Of a DNA stretch of 64,000 nucleotides, positions 27,542-37,768 are shown one piece after another. This DNA is from Candidatus Calescibacterium sp. (GTDB lineage: Bacteria > Calescibacteriota > Calescibacteriia > Calescibacteriales > Calescibacteriaceae). The stretch spans positions 32,001 through 96,000 of the forward strand of contig JAVVGL010000002.1 of NCBI GenBank assembly GCA_032249135.1. Direction: 5' to 3'. The notes under the pieces are model-generated. The model did no database searches and had not been told where the DNA came from. It worked only from the letters and a program-made list of their open reading frames with translations. A program made the translations under genes and the position numbers. The stretch's first letter is position 1, and every line of letters begins with the position of its first letter.

Positions 27542-29407
27542 ATGCTTGAGAAAATAAATTATCCAGAAGATATAAAAAGCCTCAGCATAAAAGAGCTCGA
27601 AGAATTGGCAAAAGAAATAAGACAAAAAATTTTGGAAGTCGTATCCAAAAATGGAGGGCACCTTTCTCCTTCTCTCGGTATGGTAGAACTTGTTCTTGCA
27701 CTCCACTATGTTTTTGATATGCCAAAAGATAGAATAATCTTTGATGGAGGGTACCAAGCGTACTCCCACAAACTCATAACAGGGAGAAAAGAATACTTTG
27801 ATACACTAAAAATATTCGGAGGATTAGGGGGTTTTTTAAGGCCGGACGAATCTCCTTATGATATATTTGGAGCTGGACATGTCGGAACGTCAATATCAGC
27901 AGCCCTCGGAATAAGGGAAGCTCTAAAACATAAATCAGAAGAAGGGAAGGTTATAGCGGTAATAGGAGACGGAGCTATGACATGCGGTATGGCATACGAA
28001 GCTATGAATCTTGCAGGAGACCTAAAATCTGATCTGATAGTGGTTTTGAACGACAACGGTATGTCAATCGCTCCGAACAGAGGAGCAATAGCCTCATATT
28101 TTTCTAAAATCATGGCAGAACCAATTTTTTACAGAGCAAGAGAATTTATCAAAAAACTCATAAAAGAAACTACATCAGCAAAAAGCCAAGATATAATAAG
28201 AATTATAAGGAGAATTGAAGAATCAATAATATCATTTTTCACCCCTGGAATATTGTTTGAGGGTCTTGGCTTTTACTACTTTGGTCCAGTTGATGGACAC
28301 AACCTAAAAGAACTTATTGAAATTTTTGAAAAAGTGAAAAAGTGGAGAGGACCAGTTCTCGTACATGTCAAAACAAAAAAAGGAAAAGGATATAAACCAG
28401 CAGAAGATAATCCAGAATTCTTCCATAGAGTTGCTCCATTCCACATTGAAACAGGAGAATTGAAAAGTAAACCTAAAACACCGAGTTTTTCATCAGTTTT
28501 TGCAGATTTCCTTGTAGAACTTGCAAAAGAAGATAAAAGAATAGTAGCTATAACAGCAGCTATGGCTTTGGGAACAGGTCTCAATAAATTCCAAGAGCAT
28601 TTTCCTGAAAGATTTTACGATGTTGGGATAGCAGAACAACATGCCGTCACTATGGCAGCAGGACTTGCAAAAGAGGGAATGCGACCATTCGCAGCAATAT
28701 ACTCAACTTTCCTACAAAGAGCTTATGATCAGATAATACACGATGTAGCAATCCAGAATCTCCCTGTAATCTTATGTATAGACAGAGCAGGAATAGTTGG
28801 AGAAGATGGTCCAACTCATCATGGAGTTTTTGATATAGCGTATTTAAGACCTATACCAAACTTTGTTCTTATGTCACCTGCTGATGAAAATGAGCTCAGG
28901 GATATGATTCTCACAGCTTGTGATCTTGGGCGCCCATGCGCAATAAGGTATCCGAGAGCAAATGCTTTTGGTTTCCCAAAAAGACCGCCCAGAATTCTCA
29001 AAATAGGTGAGGCAGAACTTAAAAAAGATGGAAAAGACCTTGTAATAATAGCTTATGGAACATTAGTTTATTCTGCATTAGAAGCAATAGAGGAAGCTGA
29101 AAAAGAGCTTGGAGCAAAAATAGCTCTAATAAACGCAAGGTTTGCAAAACCTCTTGATGTAAATCTTATTTGTGAGTATGCAGATATGACAAAAAAAGTT
29201 ATAACAGTTGAAGAAGCAAGAAGAGACGGAGGATTTGGCTCAGCTGTTCTTGAACTTCTTGCAGATAAAAATATAAAAGCTAATTTGATAAGGTTGGGAA
29301 CCCCTGATGAATTTGTAGAGCAAGGTTCAAGAGAAGAATTACTCAGACTCATAGGACTTGACAAAGACGGAATAAAAAGAGCAATTTACAAGATATTGCT
29401 TGACTAA
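27542..29407 (+). CDS. dxs: 1-deoxy-D-xylulose-5-phosphate synthase
   Basis: GGHLSPSLG, IGDGAMTCGMAYEAMN, LNDN, DVGIAEQHAVT, DRAGIVGEDGPTHHG. Confidence 0.97.
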   Translation: MLEKINYPEDIKSLSIKELEELAKEIRQKILEVVSKNGGHLSPSLGMVELVLALHYVFDMPKDRIIFDGGYQAYSHKLITGRKEYFDTLKIFGGLGGFLRPDESPYDIFGAGHVGTSISAALGIREALKHKSEEGKVIAVIGDGAMTCGMAYEAMNLAGDLKSDLIVVLNDNGMSIAPNRGAIASYFSKIMAEPIFYRAREFIKKLIKETTSAKSQDIIRIIRRIEESIISFFTPGILFEGLGFYYFGPVDGHNLKELIEIFEKVKKWRGPVLVHVKTKKGKGYKPAEDNPEFFHRVAPFHIETGELKSKPKTPSFSSVFADFLVELAKEDKRIVAITAAMALGTGLNKFQEHFPERFYDVGIAEQHAVTMAAGLAKEGMRPFAAIYSTFLQRAYDQIIHDVAIQNLPVILCIDRAGIVGEDGPTHHGVFDIAYLRPIPNFVLMSPADENELRDMILTACDLGRPCAIRYPRANAFGFPKRPPRILKIGEAELKKDGKDLVIIAYGTLVYSALEAIEEAEKELGAKIALINARFAKPLDVNLICEYADMTKKVITVEEARRDGGFGSAVLELLADKNIKANLIRLGTPDEFVEQGSREELLRLIGLDKDGIKRAIYKILLD

Positions 29408-30804
29408 CTGAAAACCTCACGAGCTATTTTTCTTCTCATAAGGAGAATGAATTCCTCCCTCTGACCATAAAAATCTCCGCTTGACATAAATACTACTCCT
29501 ACCTTTTTCCCCCGAAACATATTATTAGATTGAATAAAGTCAAAGATCTTCAAAGCTACATCCTCGGAGTATTCTGCGTAAATTCCACGGCTTCTCAGAA
29601 AATCAACTACCTCTTTTACATCAAGCTTTCTTCCAGCAGGAACTTTTTCTTCTCTATATATTTTCCCGATAAATACAGCATCAGCAAGCTGGAAAACTCT
29701 TTTGTATCCTTCCTGATGAATATTTGTGCGAGATGTAAAAGACCGTGGTTCAAAGGCTAATAATATAACATCAAAAAAATCCCTCAGAGACCTTATGCCA
29801 GATTCTATCTCTGTTGGATGATGGGCAAAATCATCTATAACACAAAAATTCTGAATCTCGTATATAATTTCAAGCCTCCTTTTTACTCCCCTAAAACTTC
29901 GGATTATATCTGCTGCTTTATCATAACTTATAATGTCAGACACCAAAGATATTGCTGCAATTGAATTCAGAATGTTATGTCTTCCAAAAAGATGTATGGA
30001 AAAATCCCCCTGAAACGGTATATTTGATATTTTAAATTTATATCCGATGTCAAAAATTGATATTTCAGTTGGGAAAAAGTTAGCTTTGTCATCATACCCG
30101 TAAGAAACTTTTTCTTTTGCTCCTGATCGCTCAGCTACCAAATTTCCATGTTCAGAAAAAAAGAAAACAAGCTTATCTTTTATCTTCTTTGAAAACTCAT
30201 AAAAAGCAGAAATGTAATGATCAAAATCTGCATAAATATCAGCGTGATCAAACTCAATAGGACCAATAATAGCTCTTTTTGGCTCAAAATGCCAAAACTT
30301 CGGTTTCTTGTCAAAGAATGCTGTATCATACTCATCACCTTCTATCACAAAAATATCACCATCCCCTACCTTGGCACTTACTCCGAAATTTATTGGTACC
30401 CCTCCTACGAGGAACGAAGGTGAAAGACCTGCAGAATTAAGAAGGTAAGCAACCAAAGATGTAGTTGTGGTTTTACCGTGTGTCCCAGCAATAACAAAAA
30501 AATCTTTTTTTCCAAAGAATTCATTTATAACCTCAGGGTAAGACATTATTTTTTTCCCTTTTGCAATAGCCTCCTGTACCTCAACATTATCGCGACTTAC
30601 AGCATTGCCCACTACAACAAGGTCCGCATCTTCAACATTCTTTTCAGAAAAACCATATGTTCTTATGCCAAATTTTTTGAGTTGATCAGAGATTGGAGGA
30701 TAAAAAAGCGAATCCGACCCCGAAACTTCAAACCCTAAACTTTTTAAAAGAACAGCGACTCCGCCCATCGCTGTACCACAAACCCCAACGATATGTACAC
30801 GCAT
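29404..30804 (-). CDS. mpl: Murein peptide ligase (Mpl/MurC family)
   Basis: HIVGVCGTAMGG, AGTHGKTTT, IEGDEYDTAFFDK, GVKRR, DDFAHHPT, FEPRS. Confidence 0.85.
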   Translation of the reverse strand: MRVHIVGVCGTAMGGVAVLLKSLGFEVSGSDSLFYPPISDQLKKFGIRTYGFSEKNVEDADLVVVGNAVSRDNVEVQEAIAKGKKIMSYPEVINEFFGKKDFFVIAGTHGKTTTTSLVAYLLNSAGLSPSFLVGGVPINFGVSAKVGDGDIFVIEGDEYDTAFFDKKPKFWHFEPKRAIIGPIEFDHADIYADFDHYISAFYEFSKKIKDKLVFFFSEHGNLVAERSGAKEKVSYGYDDKANFFPTEISIFDIGYKFKISNIPFQGDFSIHLFGRHNILNSIAAISLVSDIISYDKAADIIRSFRGVKRRLEIIYEIQNFCVIDDFAHHPTEIESGIRSLRDFFDVILLAFEPRSFTSRTNIHQEGYKRVFQLADAVFIGKIYREEKVPAGRKLDVKEVVDFLRSRGIYAEYSEDVALKIFDFIQSNNMFRGKKVGVVFMSSGDFYGQREEFILLMRRKIAREVFS

Positions 30805-30824
30805 GATTTCAGTTTGAAAATAAT

Positions 30825-31844
30825 CTACGAAGTTCTGATGATCAAAAATTCTACAAACTTGTTCAAATTTTCCTTTTTACTATTTTCTATACTAATATCA
30901 TCAATTATGTCAAAAATCTTCCGAGAAATGTTTCTTATCTCATCTTCTGCTCTTTCTATTCCTTTTCCATCTTTGACAAGATAGAACACAGCATCACATA
31001 TATCATCTGGGACCTCACCATCAACCATATTTTTTCTGAGCATATCTTTTATTTTTTCAAAGTTATCAGACAAAATCACAGGTAGGGTCAATTTCCCCTC
31101 TTTCAAATCTTTAAGATGAGGTTTTCCTGTACCGTCTGGGATGAAATCTATTATATCATCTTTGATTTGGAAAATTAGACCAAAATAAAATCCAAGTTCA
31201 GAAAACTTTGAAAATAAATCTTGATTTGATAAACTAAATTCACTTTTATTTTTGTACTTACCATCACAAATTATAAGTGGTATTTCTGCACTCAATCTGA
31301 ACAAAGATGCTGTTTTTTTTGATATAACTTCATAATAAAAATTCAAAATATTTTCCCTTGCTTCATAAGATGGTATATTTTCAACTATGATTTTGAATTC
31401 AAGAATTTGACCTTCTGCCATCTGCCTTGCAACCTCGGAAAACCTTCTTATAAGATGAATGTTACCAATTTTTGCAAGCTCGTCTGAAATGACTCCGAGT
31501 AAAAAAGCAGCAGATATAACCGCAATTTTGTTTCCCACAACAACATTCAAAGATGGCTTACCTCTTCTCATCGTTGAATTATCTATAACATCATCCAAAA
31601 TCAAAGAAGCCCCATGTAAAAGTTCAACGCATGCAGATGATGAAATCAAATAATCAAAATTGAGCTTAAAATCAAATCCATCTACTAAAATATCTGCGCA
31701 TAACATAGTTAAGGAGGGTCTTATTTTTTTTCCTCCGCCATCAAAGACATATGTCAAAGCAGAATATATTACATCGTTTATCTTAGCTCTCTCTAATATA
31801 TCCATTATTTTTCTTTCTACCTTGTCTATGTTCTTGTGAAACAC
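30825..31844 (-). CDS. Polyprenyl diphosphate synthase
   Basis: GGKKIRP, ELLHGASLILDDVID...RRGKP, KTASLF, FQIKDDIID. Confidence 0.9.
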   Translation of the reverse strand: MFHKNIDKVERKIMDILERAKINDVIYSALTYVFDGGGKKIRPSLTMLCADILVDGFDFKLNFDYLISSSACVELLHGASLILDDVIDNSTMRRGKPSLNVVVGNKIAVISAAFLLGVISDELAKIGNIHLIRRFSEVARQMAEGQILEFKIIVENIPSYEARENILNFYYEVISKKTASLFRLSAEIPLIICDGKYKNKSEFSLSNQDLFSKFSELGFYFGLIFQIKDDIIDFIPDGTGKPHLKDLKEGKLTLPVILSDNFEKIKDMLRKNMVDGEVPDDICDAVFYLVKDGKGIERAEDEIRNISRKIFDIIDDISIENSKKENLNKFVEFLIIRTS

Positions 31845-31964
31845 ACGAAAAAATTTATAACTTTCAAAATATTTATGAAAATATCAAACAAAAAAACAAG
31901 AATAAATACAAAATCATCAAAATCCAAAGCTCCAAAAACATAAAGCTATAAAACCATTAAAACT

Positions 31965-32939
31965 TCAATCATTAACCCCCAAAAAAAACTTATTAAGATC
32001 AGAAGCAACGGAAGAAGGCTCAAGTTTCTCCCTGAGATCAAAAAAAATTGCTCTTTGATTTAAAGGTCTCCATCTTGGAAAATCTTCTTTGTAATATAAA
32101 CCTGCTGACGGAATATCAAAAAAAGATGAAATATGAATTGGTCCAGATGATGTAGAGAATATACCAGATGAAAATTTTATAACAGAACAAAGCCGACCGA
32201 AATCTGTCAAGTTTATAAGAGAAGTTCCTTTCAGCTTTGACAAATTTGAGTTAATATTTTTTTTTCCAATCCATACCACATCAAAATTGATTTGCCTCTC
32301 AACCTCAATCCAAAAATCAAAAGGTAAAGTCGGAGAAGACCCACCAGAAAAAGGATGAAAAACTATATATTTTCTGTTCAGAAGGCTGAATTTTTTGAGA
32401 AAATCAAAGTCGGGCTCAAAATCTAACTCTGGTTTCAAGTTATAAAAAAGCTCATCCTGTGGAGGTAAATCATGAATAAAATCTTTGAGGAGCAAAAGAT
32501 TGTAATAAGCTTCGTGAAACCTATTTTCTTTTCTACTTATATTGACCCGATGATTAAATAAGAAAGAGAAGAATCTCCGAGAAGTTCCTACAACAATTTT
32601 TGAAACCAATCTACAAAGCAAAGCAGTAGAAAGTCTTGGGAAAAGGACAAAAGAAAAATCAAATTTGATTTTTGATAGCTCAAAAAGCAACAAAAAAAAG
32701 CTTTCAATTCTTATCTCTCCTCTCTCACCCGAAATTTCAGCTTCAAAAACTCCATCCACATATCTATTTTTTACGAAGAAAGCATTTCCTTTTTTCACAA
32801 GAAAAAAAATCTTTGAGTTTGGAAACCTTGATTTTAAAAACTTAACGAATGGTATTGATAAAATCAGATCACCTATTTTATCTGTTCTTGAAACCAATAT
32901 CTTTTTTCCATCAAAATTAATTCCATTATACATATACAC
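31965..32939 (-). CDS. Glycosyltransferase family 9 (LPS heptosyltransferase-like)
   Basis: RTDKIGDLILSIP, HEAYYNL, FHPFSGG, SSGPIHIS, RWRP. Confidence 0.85.
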   Translation of the reverse strand: MYMYNGINFDGKKILVSRTDKIGDLILSIPFVKFLKSRFPNSKIFFLVKKGNAFFVKNRYVDGVFEAEISGERGEIRIESFFLLLFELSKIKFDFSFVLFPRLSTALLCRLVSKIVVGTSRRFFSFLFNHRVNISRKENRFHEAYYNLLLLKDFIHDLPPQDELFYNLKPELDFEPDFDFLKKFSLLNRKYIVFHPFSGGSSPTLPFDFWIEVERQINFDVVWIGKKNINSNLSKLKGTSLINLTDFGRLCSVIKFSSGIFSTSSGPIHISSFFDIPSAGLYYKEDFPRWRPLNQRAIFFDLREKLEPSSVASDLNKFFLGVND

Positions 32940-32962
32940 GATAAGCTATCATTTAAAATTTC

Positions 32963-32998
32963 CAATTTATTTTAAATTTGCAATTTATTTTAAACTTC
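32963..32998. repeat. 18-bp near-tandem duplication spanning the argH stop
   Basis: caatttattttaaatttg / caatttattttaaacttc (16/18 identical), with a degenerate third copy to the left. Confidence 0.75.
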
Positions 32999-34364
32999 CG
33001 ATTTCATTCATAACTCTTTTTTCAAAGTTGTAGTAAGAAAATCGGGAGATAAGATGAGCAATACTGCCTTTCAGCGCGCGCCATCTATTTTCTAAAATTC
33101 TCATTTTTTCGCGAACAAAATAAGGATTGGTGCTTTGTGGAGTTCTTTTCATCTGCAAAGATTCCTCAAAAGTTAAGTTTTCAGGTAACCTCTGATGTAT
33201 CTTGATGTGTTCGCCTATAAATTTATGAACTTCTCTATAACTCATCTTTTTTTCTCTGAAAATTTTTTCTGCAACATCTGTTGCAAGTATGTAATATGGC
33301 AAATTTCTCTTTTTTGCGGAAATATTCTTGAAGACCTGTGAGATAGCAAAGAGGATTGAATAGAACTCGTCAAAGGCTTCAAAGAGAATTTTTTTATCTT
33401 CCTGAAAATCTTTTGAATATCCTGATACAATGCCCTTTTCAAGAGCGAAAAAGCTTGAAAGATATCCTAAAAATTTTGAAGCTTTACCTCTTATGAGCTC
33501 AAGAGTATCTGGGTTTTTCTTCTGAGGCATCATACTTGAACCAGTACAAACTTTATCTCCAATTTCAACAAATCCTATATCTTCTGCTGAAAGGAAAATG
33601 AGATCTTCTGCTATTTTAGAAAACAGCAGAGCGAATGTAGAGAAAACGAAAATAAGTTCATAGAGAGTGTCCCTTCTTCCGGTTGAATCAAGGCTATTAT
33701 CAGAAATGCGCGAGAATCCGAGCAAAAAAGCGGCTTTTTTGACATCAGATATGATTGAAGTTCCGGCTCCCGCTCCACTTCCCATATGACAAATATCAAA
33801 GCGCAAAAGCACATCTTTAAATCTTTCCACACATCTTAAAAATCCAGTTATATAAGAAAGTATGAGATGGGAAAAAAGTATAGGTTGAGCATATCTCGTG
33901 TGGGTCATAAATGGTATTATGATATCTTGATATTTTTGAGCACATGAAAGCATAGAATAAAAGACATTTTTCATTTCATCTAAAATTTTCTGAGATTCCC
34001 GCATTACCCAAAGATATACAGCAGTTATGACCTCATCATTTCTTGATCTACCAGCTCTTATATTCATCCCTATATCTTCTCCACACTCCCGTGCTATAAA
34101 ATACTCAACAGCAGAATGAACATCTTCAAAATCATCTGGTTTGCTTGAAAGAACCGCTTTTATAACTTTTTCTCTTGATGAAAAAATCATTCTTAATTTC
34201 TCTTTTGGAATAAAACCTTCATCAGATAACAAAACAGAGTGAACAAATGTGATATCAAACACCTCGGGAGCAAGTCGTGAATCAAAAGAAAATGAGTCAA
34301 GAAATTTTCTCAGTGTTCCTTCAACCTCTTCTTTGAAAACTCCTCCCCAAAGCCTCTTTTCCAT
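32985..34364 (-). CDS. argH: Argininosuccinate lyase
   Basis: LWGG.F, EDVHSAVE, GRSRNDE, TGSSMMPQKKNPD, ELIRGK, YSKDFQEDK. Confidence 0.93.
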   Translation of the reverse strand: MEKRLWGGVFKEEVEGTLRKFLDSFSFDSRLAPEVFDITFVHSVLLSDEGFIPKEKLRMIFSSREKVIKAVLSSKPDDFEDVHSAVEYFIARECGEDIGMNIRAGRSRNDEVITAVYLWVMRESQKILDEMKNVFYSMLSCAQKYQDIIIPFMTHTRYAQPILFSHLILSYITGFLRCVERFKDVLLRFDICHMGSGAGAGTSIISDVKKAAFLLGFSRISDNSLDSTGRRDTLYELIFVFSTFALLFSKIAEDLIFLSAEDIGFVEIGDKVCTGSSMMPQKKNPDTLELIRGKASKFLGYLSSFFALEKGIVSGYSKDFQEDKKILFEAFDEFYSILFAISQVFKNISAKKRNLPYYILATDVAEKIFREKKMSYREVHKFIGEHIKIHQRLPENLTFEESLQMKRTPQSTNPYFVREKMRILENRWRALKGSIAHLISRFSYYNFEKRVMNEIGSLK

Positions 34365-34446
34365 AATAGATTGAATTTACCCAAACGTATCAAAAGTTCC
34401 GCAAAGCCAAAAATTTCGAAACAAAAATAAAACAAGGAAAAAATAA

Positions 34447-34689
34447 AAATTAGTCAAAGAACAGACATACTATGATGAAGAAGCTGATGTTTTATATATT
34501 AACTTTAAAAAGCCAAGCCATGCAGACGACCCAGAACTCACCGACGACGACATAATAATCAGATATGAAAAGGGGAAAATTGTAGGAATTACAATCCTTA
34601 ACGCAAGCAGATGGAAAAAATTTTCAAAAAATACAATATATCAGGGTATTGGAAAGGAAAGAAAGGCATCTGAAAGAAGCAAAGAGTAA
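34447..34689 (+). pseudogene. 5'-truncated DUF2283-family gene
   Basis: YYDEEADVLYINFKKPSHADDPELTDDDIIIRYEKGKIVGITILNAS matches the DUF2283 pattern (YD.EAD.LYI...IVGI.I..AS). There is an in-frame TAA at 34444 and no ATG/GTG/TTG start. Confidence 0.7.
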
Positions 34690-34805
34690 AAAAACAAAAA
34701 ATAAAAGTGCAAAATCAAAAGTAATCCTATTCAGACAAAAAAAGTTGCAAAAAACGGAATTTTTATTATTTCAAGATTAAAATAAAATATAATAAGAAAG
34801 TAAAT

Positions 34806-34882
34806 TCCCCGGTAGCTCAATTTGGCAGAGCGGGCGGCTGTTAACCGCCAGGTTGCAGGTTCGAGTCCTGCCCGGGGAGCCA
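34806..34882 (+). tRNA. tRNA-Asn (anticodon GTT)
   Basis: TCCCCGG TA GCTC-AATTTGGCA-GAGC G GGCGG CT GTT AA CCGCC AGGTT GCAGG TTCGAGT CCTGC CCGGGGA G CCA. Confidence 0.97.
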
Positions 34883-35092
34883 CTTCAATAACAAGCAGAA
34901 CAATTAACAAAATTTTTATCATGTACGGATAGATCAGAATTTAAGTTGATCAGGAAAGGTTATGAAACGGTTATTTTTAGATGATCTTTGAAAAATCCCC
35001 CATAATTTTGAAAAATTTTGAGAGGTAAGACTGGAAACGAAAAATAGAGAAAAAAGATAAAAAATAAAAGAAGCGTATAAAATTATAATAAT

Positions 35093-35635
35093 ATGGCAGA
35101 ACCATTCCTGACAACAAGAGTAGATAAGTTCAAGGATTTCCTAAAAGGGCTAACAACATGGAGCAGGAAATGGTCATTCTGGCCTATTCCTATTGGAACC
35201 GCTTGCTGCGCAATAGAATACATGGCAGTTGTAGCATCTCACTTTGATATTTCAAGGTGGGGAGCAGAGGTTGTTCGGTTTTCCCCAAGACAGGCTGACC
35301 TTATGGTAGTTGCAGGAACAATAACAAGGAAAATGGCTGATGTTGTAAGAAGAGTTTGGGAGCAAATGGCGGAGCCAAAATGGGTAATATCATTTGGCTC
35401 CTGTGCATCTACGGGAAACGGAATATATCAGACATATTCCGTACTTGATGGTATAGATAAGGTTATACCGGTTGATGTATATGTTGCTGGGTGTCCTCCA
35501 AGACCTGAAGCGCTTCTTGAAGCTCTTGAATACCTTCAGCAGAAAATAGAGGGGAAAAGAGAGATTTTTGAAAAACTTAAACAAAAAGGAAGAATAATTG
35601 AGGAGAAAGGAAGAACAATAATCATAGGTGGTTAA
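35093..35635 (+). CDS. nuoB: NADH-quinone oxidoreductase subunit B
   Basis: GTACCAIE, SPRQADLM, QMAEPKWVISFGSCA, VDVYVAGCPPRPE. Confidence 0.96.
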   Translation: MAEPFLTTRVDKFKDFLKGLTTWSRKWSFWPIPIGTACCAIEYMAVVASHFDISRWGAEVVRFSPRQADLMVVAGTITRKMADVVRRVWEQMAEPKWVISFGSCASTGNGIYQTYSVLDGIDKVIPVDVYVAGCPPRPEALLEALEYLQQKIEGKREIFEKLKQKGRIIEEKGRTIIIGG

Positions 35636-35709
35636 ACGAAGTAAAAGCAAAAAGTCAAAAAAACAGAAAAAGAAAAAAAGTCTTTGATAAATCAAAAAAG
35701 TATAGAGAT

Positions 35710-35991
35710 ATGAGAGTGATTGCAGAAAGAAGAGAAAAGTTAGGGAAAGAAAATGCAAAAAAAATTAGGAGGCAAGGTTTCATTCCAGCAGTAATATATG
35801 GAAACGGTAAAGTATATGAACACATAAAAGTAAAATTCTCAGATATGATGAAAATCCTAAAAGAAGGAAAGACGGAATTTGAAATAGCAGTTGGTGAGAA
35901 AGTTTATAAAGTCAGATTAAAAGATGTTCAAATAGATCCAATTACAGATAAGCCAATACACTTTGATTTCTATTACAAAGAAGAAAATTAA
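35710..35991 (+). CDS. rplY: 50S ribosomal protein L25 (short form)
   Basis: IRRQGFIPAVIYG and KDVQIDP...IHFDF; 93 aa. Confidence 0.92.
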   Translation: MRVIAERREKLGKENAKKIRRQGFIPAVIYGNGKVYEHIKVKFSDMMKILKEGKTEFEIAVGEKVYKVRLKDVQIDPITDKPIHFDFYYKEEN

Positions 35992-36047
35992 GAGAAAAAA
36001 GAAAGGGAAATGAGAAAAGTAGAAGCGAGTAAAATCAGAGAAAAAGA

Positions 36048-36866
36048 GTGAGTAAAATTGGCAAAATCGTTTCAATTTCCTTATTCTTTTCAAGCGGTTT
36101 CATAGTAGGCTCAATAATATTCTTCCCGTGGGATATTGTGGCAAATTATATAAACTCAAAATCAGATATGGTATATATATCATCTGCCTCTTTCTCACCA
36201 CCGGTAGGTGTAAAATTTGAGAATGTGAACCTGAAAATAGATAATAAAGTTTTCAAAATAGATGAAATAAAAATAAAACCATCTTTGCTCTCACCAATAT
36301 ACATAATCTTTGGGAGGATTTCCGTAAAAATTGGATTAGAAACCCAGAGATCAGATGCAGATTTGGAATTGAAAATGATCAAGAGAGAAAAAAACAAGTT
36401 TATCCCTTATTTCATAAAATTAGATGGCAAGGTAGGAATTGATGATATTATGAAAATAATTCAGCTTGAAGGCAAAGGAGAACTGAAAATAAATGCAGAA
36501 ATAAAAGGTGAAATAGATAATCCACAGAAATTGAACGGAAAAATCAGAATACAATCATCAGATGGGAAAGGGAAAAATATAGTTGTATTGAAAAACACAG
36601 AAAAAATTCATATCCCGGTTGAGGGAGAATTTGATCTTGGCAAAGTAGATATATATGCAACAATAAAAGAAGGGATCATAACATTTGAAAATGTAAATTT
36701 AAAAGAAGGAAATATAGAAGGTGTAATTTCTGGTTCAATAAAACTTGAAAAAGATTTGTCAAACTCCCAACTTAATCTTGATCTGGATATAAAACCAAAA
36801 ATCTTGAACATTCCTCCTCAAAAACTAAAAATAAGAGGTACAATATCAAAACCACAGGTAGGATAG
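36048..36866 (+). CDS. GspN-like type II secretion / AsmA-like beta-rich protein
   Basis: N-terminal TM ending FFPWD, IKIKPSLLS, beta-rich body, C-terminal IRGTISKPQV. Confidence 0.55.
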   Translation: MSKIGKIVSISLFFSSGFIVGSIIFFPWDIVANYINSKSDMVYISSASFSPPVGVKFENVNLKIDNKVFKIDEIKIKPSLLSPIYIIFGRISVKIGLETQRSDADLELKMIKREKNKFIPYFIKLDGKVGIDDIMKIIQLEGKGELKINAEIKGEIDNPQKLNGKIRIQSSDGKGKNIVVLKNTEKIHIPVEGEFDLGKVDIYATIKEGIITFENVNLKEGNIEGVISGSIKLEKDLSNSQLNLDLDIKPKILNIPPQKLKIRGTISKPQVG

Positions 36867-36893
36867 CATATTCAAGGTAAGATAGCATATTCA
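36856..36893. repeat. 19-bp tandem duplication spanning the gspN-like stop
   Basis: aggtaggatagcatattca / aggtaagatagcatattca (18/19 identical). Confidence 0.9.
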
Positions 36894-36895
36894 AT

Positions 36896-37402
36896 TCAAG
36901 ATGGAAAATTTCTCTCGCTTCTTATTTTCTTTATTATATTTGATGTAGAAAATCCTTCAACTAATTTAACTCTGATAACTTTTCCCCCCTTACTTTTTAC
37001 AAAGTCTGCTCCAACTATTTTATCTTCTGACCAGTCTTCTCCTTTCACAAGAACATCTGGTTCAATTTCTTTTATCAATTTTTCAGGTGTATCTTCAGAA
37101 AAAGGAACAACATAATCAACGGATTCAATAGCAGCTAAAACTATCTGACGAGCAGATAAAGGTAAAATTGGTCTATCTTGCCCTTTCAATCTCCTTATAG
37201 AATCATCATCATTTATACCCACTATCAAAACATCACCTTGTTTTTTAGCTTCAAACAAAATTTTTACGTGTCCCGGATGAATTATATCAAAGCATCCGTT
37301 AGTGAAGACTATGATTTTGCCTTTTGATTTCAAGTCTTTCACAAGCTCTCTCAAACTATCTTGCGAAAGAATTATCTTCTCCTCTGGAAGCCTGATTTTC
37401 AT
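36896..37402 (-). CDS. rfaE2: D-glycero-beta-D-manno-heptose 1-phosphate adenylyltransferase
   Basis: VFTNGCFDIIHPGH, GINDDDSIRRLKG, PDVLVKGEDW, STSNII. Confidence 0.92.
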   Translation of the reverse strand: MKIRLPEEKIILSQDSLRELVKDLKSKGKIIVFTNGCFDIIHPGHVKILFEAKKQGDVLIVGINDDDSIRRLKGQDRPILPLSARQIVLAAIESVDYVVPFSEDTPEKLIKEIEPDVLVKGEDWSEDKIVGADFVKSKGGKVIRVKLVEGFSTSNIIKKIRSERNFPS

Positions 37403-37716
37403 TTGACAATAATTTCTTTCATTATTTCCCTGTGTCTTTGTTCTGCTCTTTCGTCCATCTTATCAAGAATCATTTTTGTTTCCCTACTACTTTCTTGAAT
37501 GAGCCTCTGAGTTCTTTCTCCCCATTCCTTGATCAATTCTCTGGTTTCTTTGATGTCTTCTCTGATTTCTCTTATCAATTTTTCAGTTCTTATTCCTTGA
37601 ATAAAGCTCAATACGCCTAATATTAGTCCTAAAAGTGTGATAAGGATGGCGTGGTCGGGAGGTAAAAGAATCCAGCTTAATCCTATAACTCCTCCAAAGA
37701 AAATTAGTTCAAACAT
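37399..37716 (-). CDS. Small hypothetical protein with two TM segments and a coiled coil
   Basis: 105 aa with a hydrophobic N-half, then IREIREDIKETRELIKE...ILDKMDERAEQRHRE; ATGA overlap with rfaE2. Confidence 0.65.
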   Translation of the reverse strand: MFELIFFGGVIGLSWILLPPDHAILITLLGLILGVLSFIQGIRTEKLIREIREDIKETRELIKEWGERTQRLIQESSRETKMILDKMDERAEQRHREIMKEIIVK

Positions 37717-37768
37717 AATAAAATTTTAATGCAAAAATCGTTATTATTTTCTTTCCTCCTTTATTTTC

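Noticed and set aside
34731..34922. 63-aa minus-strand ORF
   Set aside because: It is the antisense of tRNA-Asn.
34806..35092. Prophage or integrative element at tRNA-Asn or tRNA-Arg
   Set aside because: No integrase and no duplicated tRNA 3' end; the flanking genes are housekeeping.
35684..35695. TTGAT-AA-ATCAA as an FNR box upstream of rplY
   Set aside because: The spacer is 2 nt instead of 4, and a match like this is likely by chance in AT-rich DNA.
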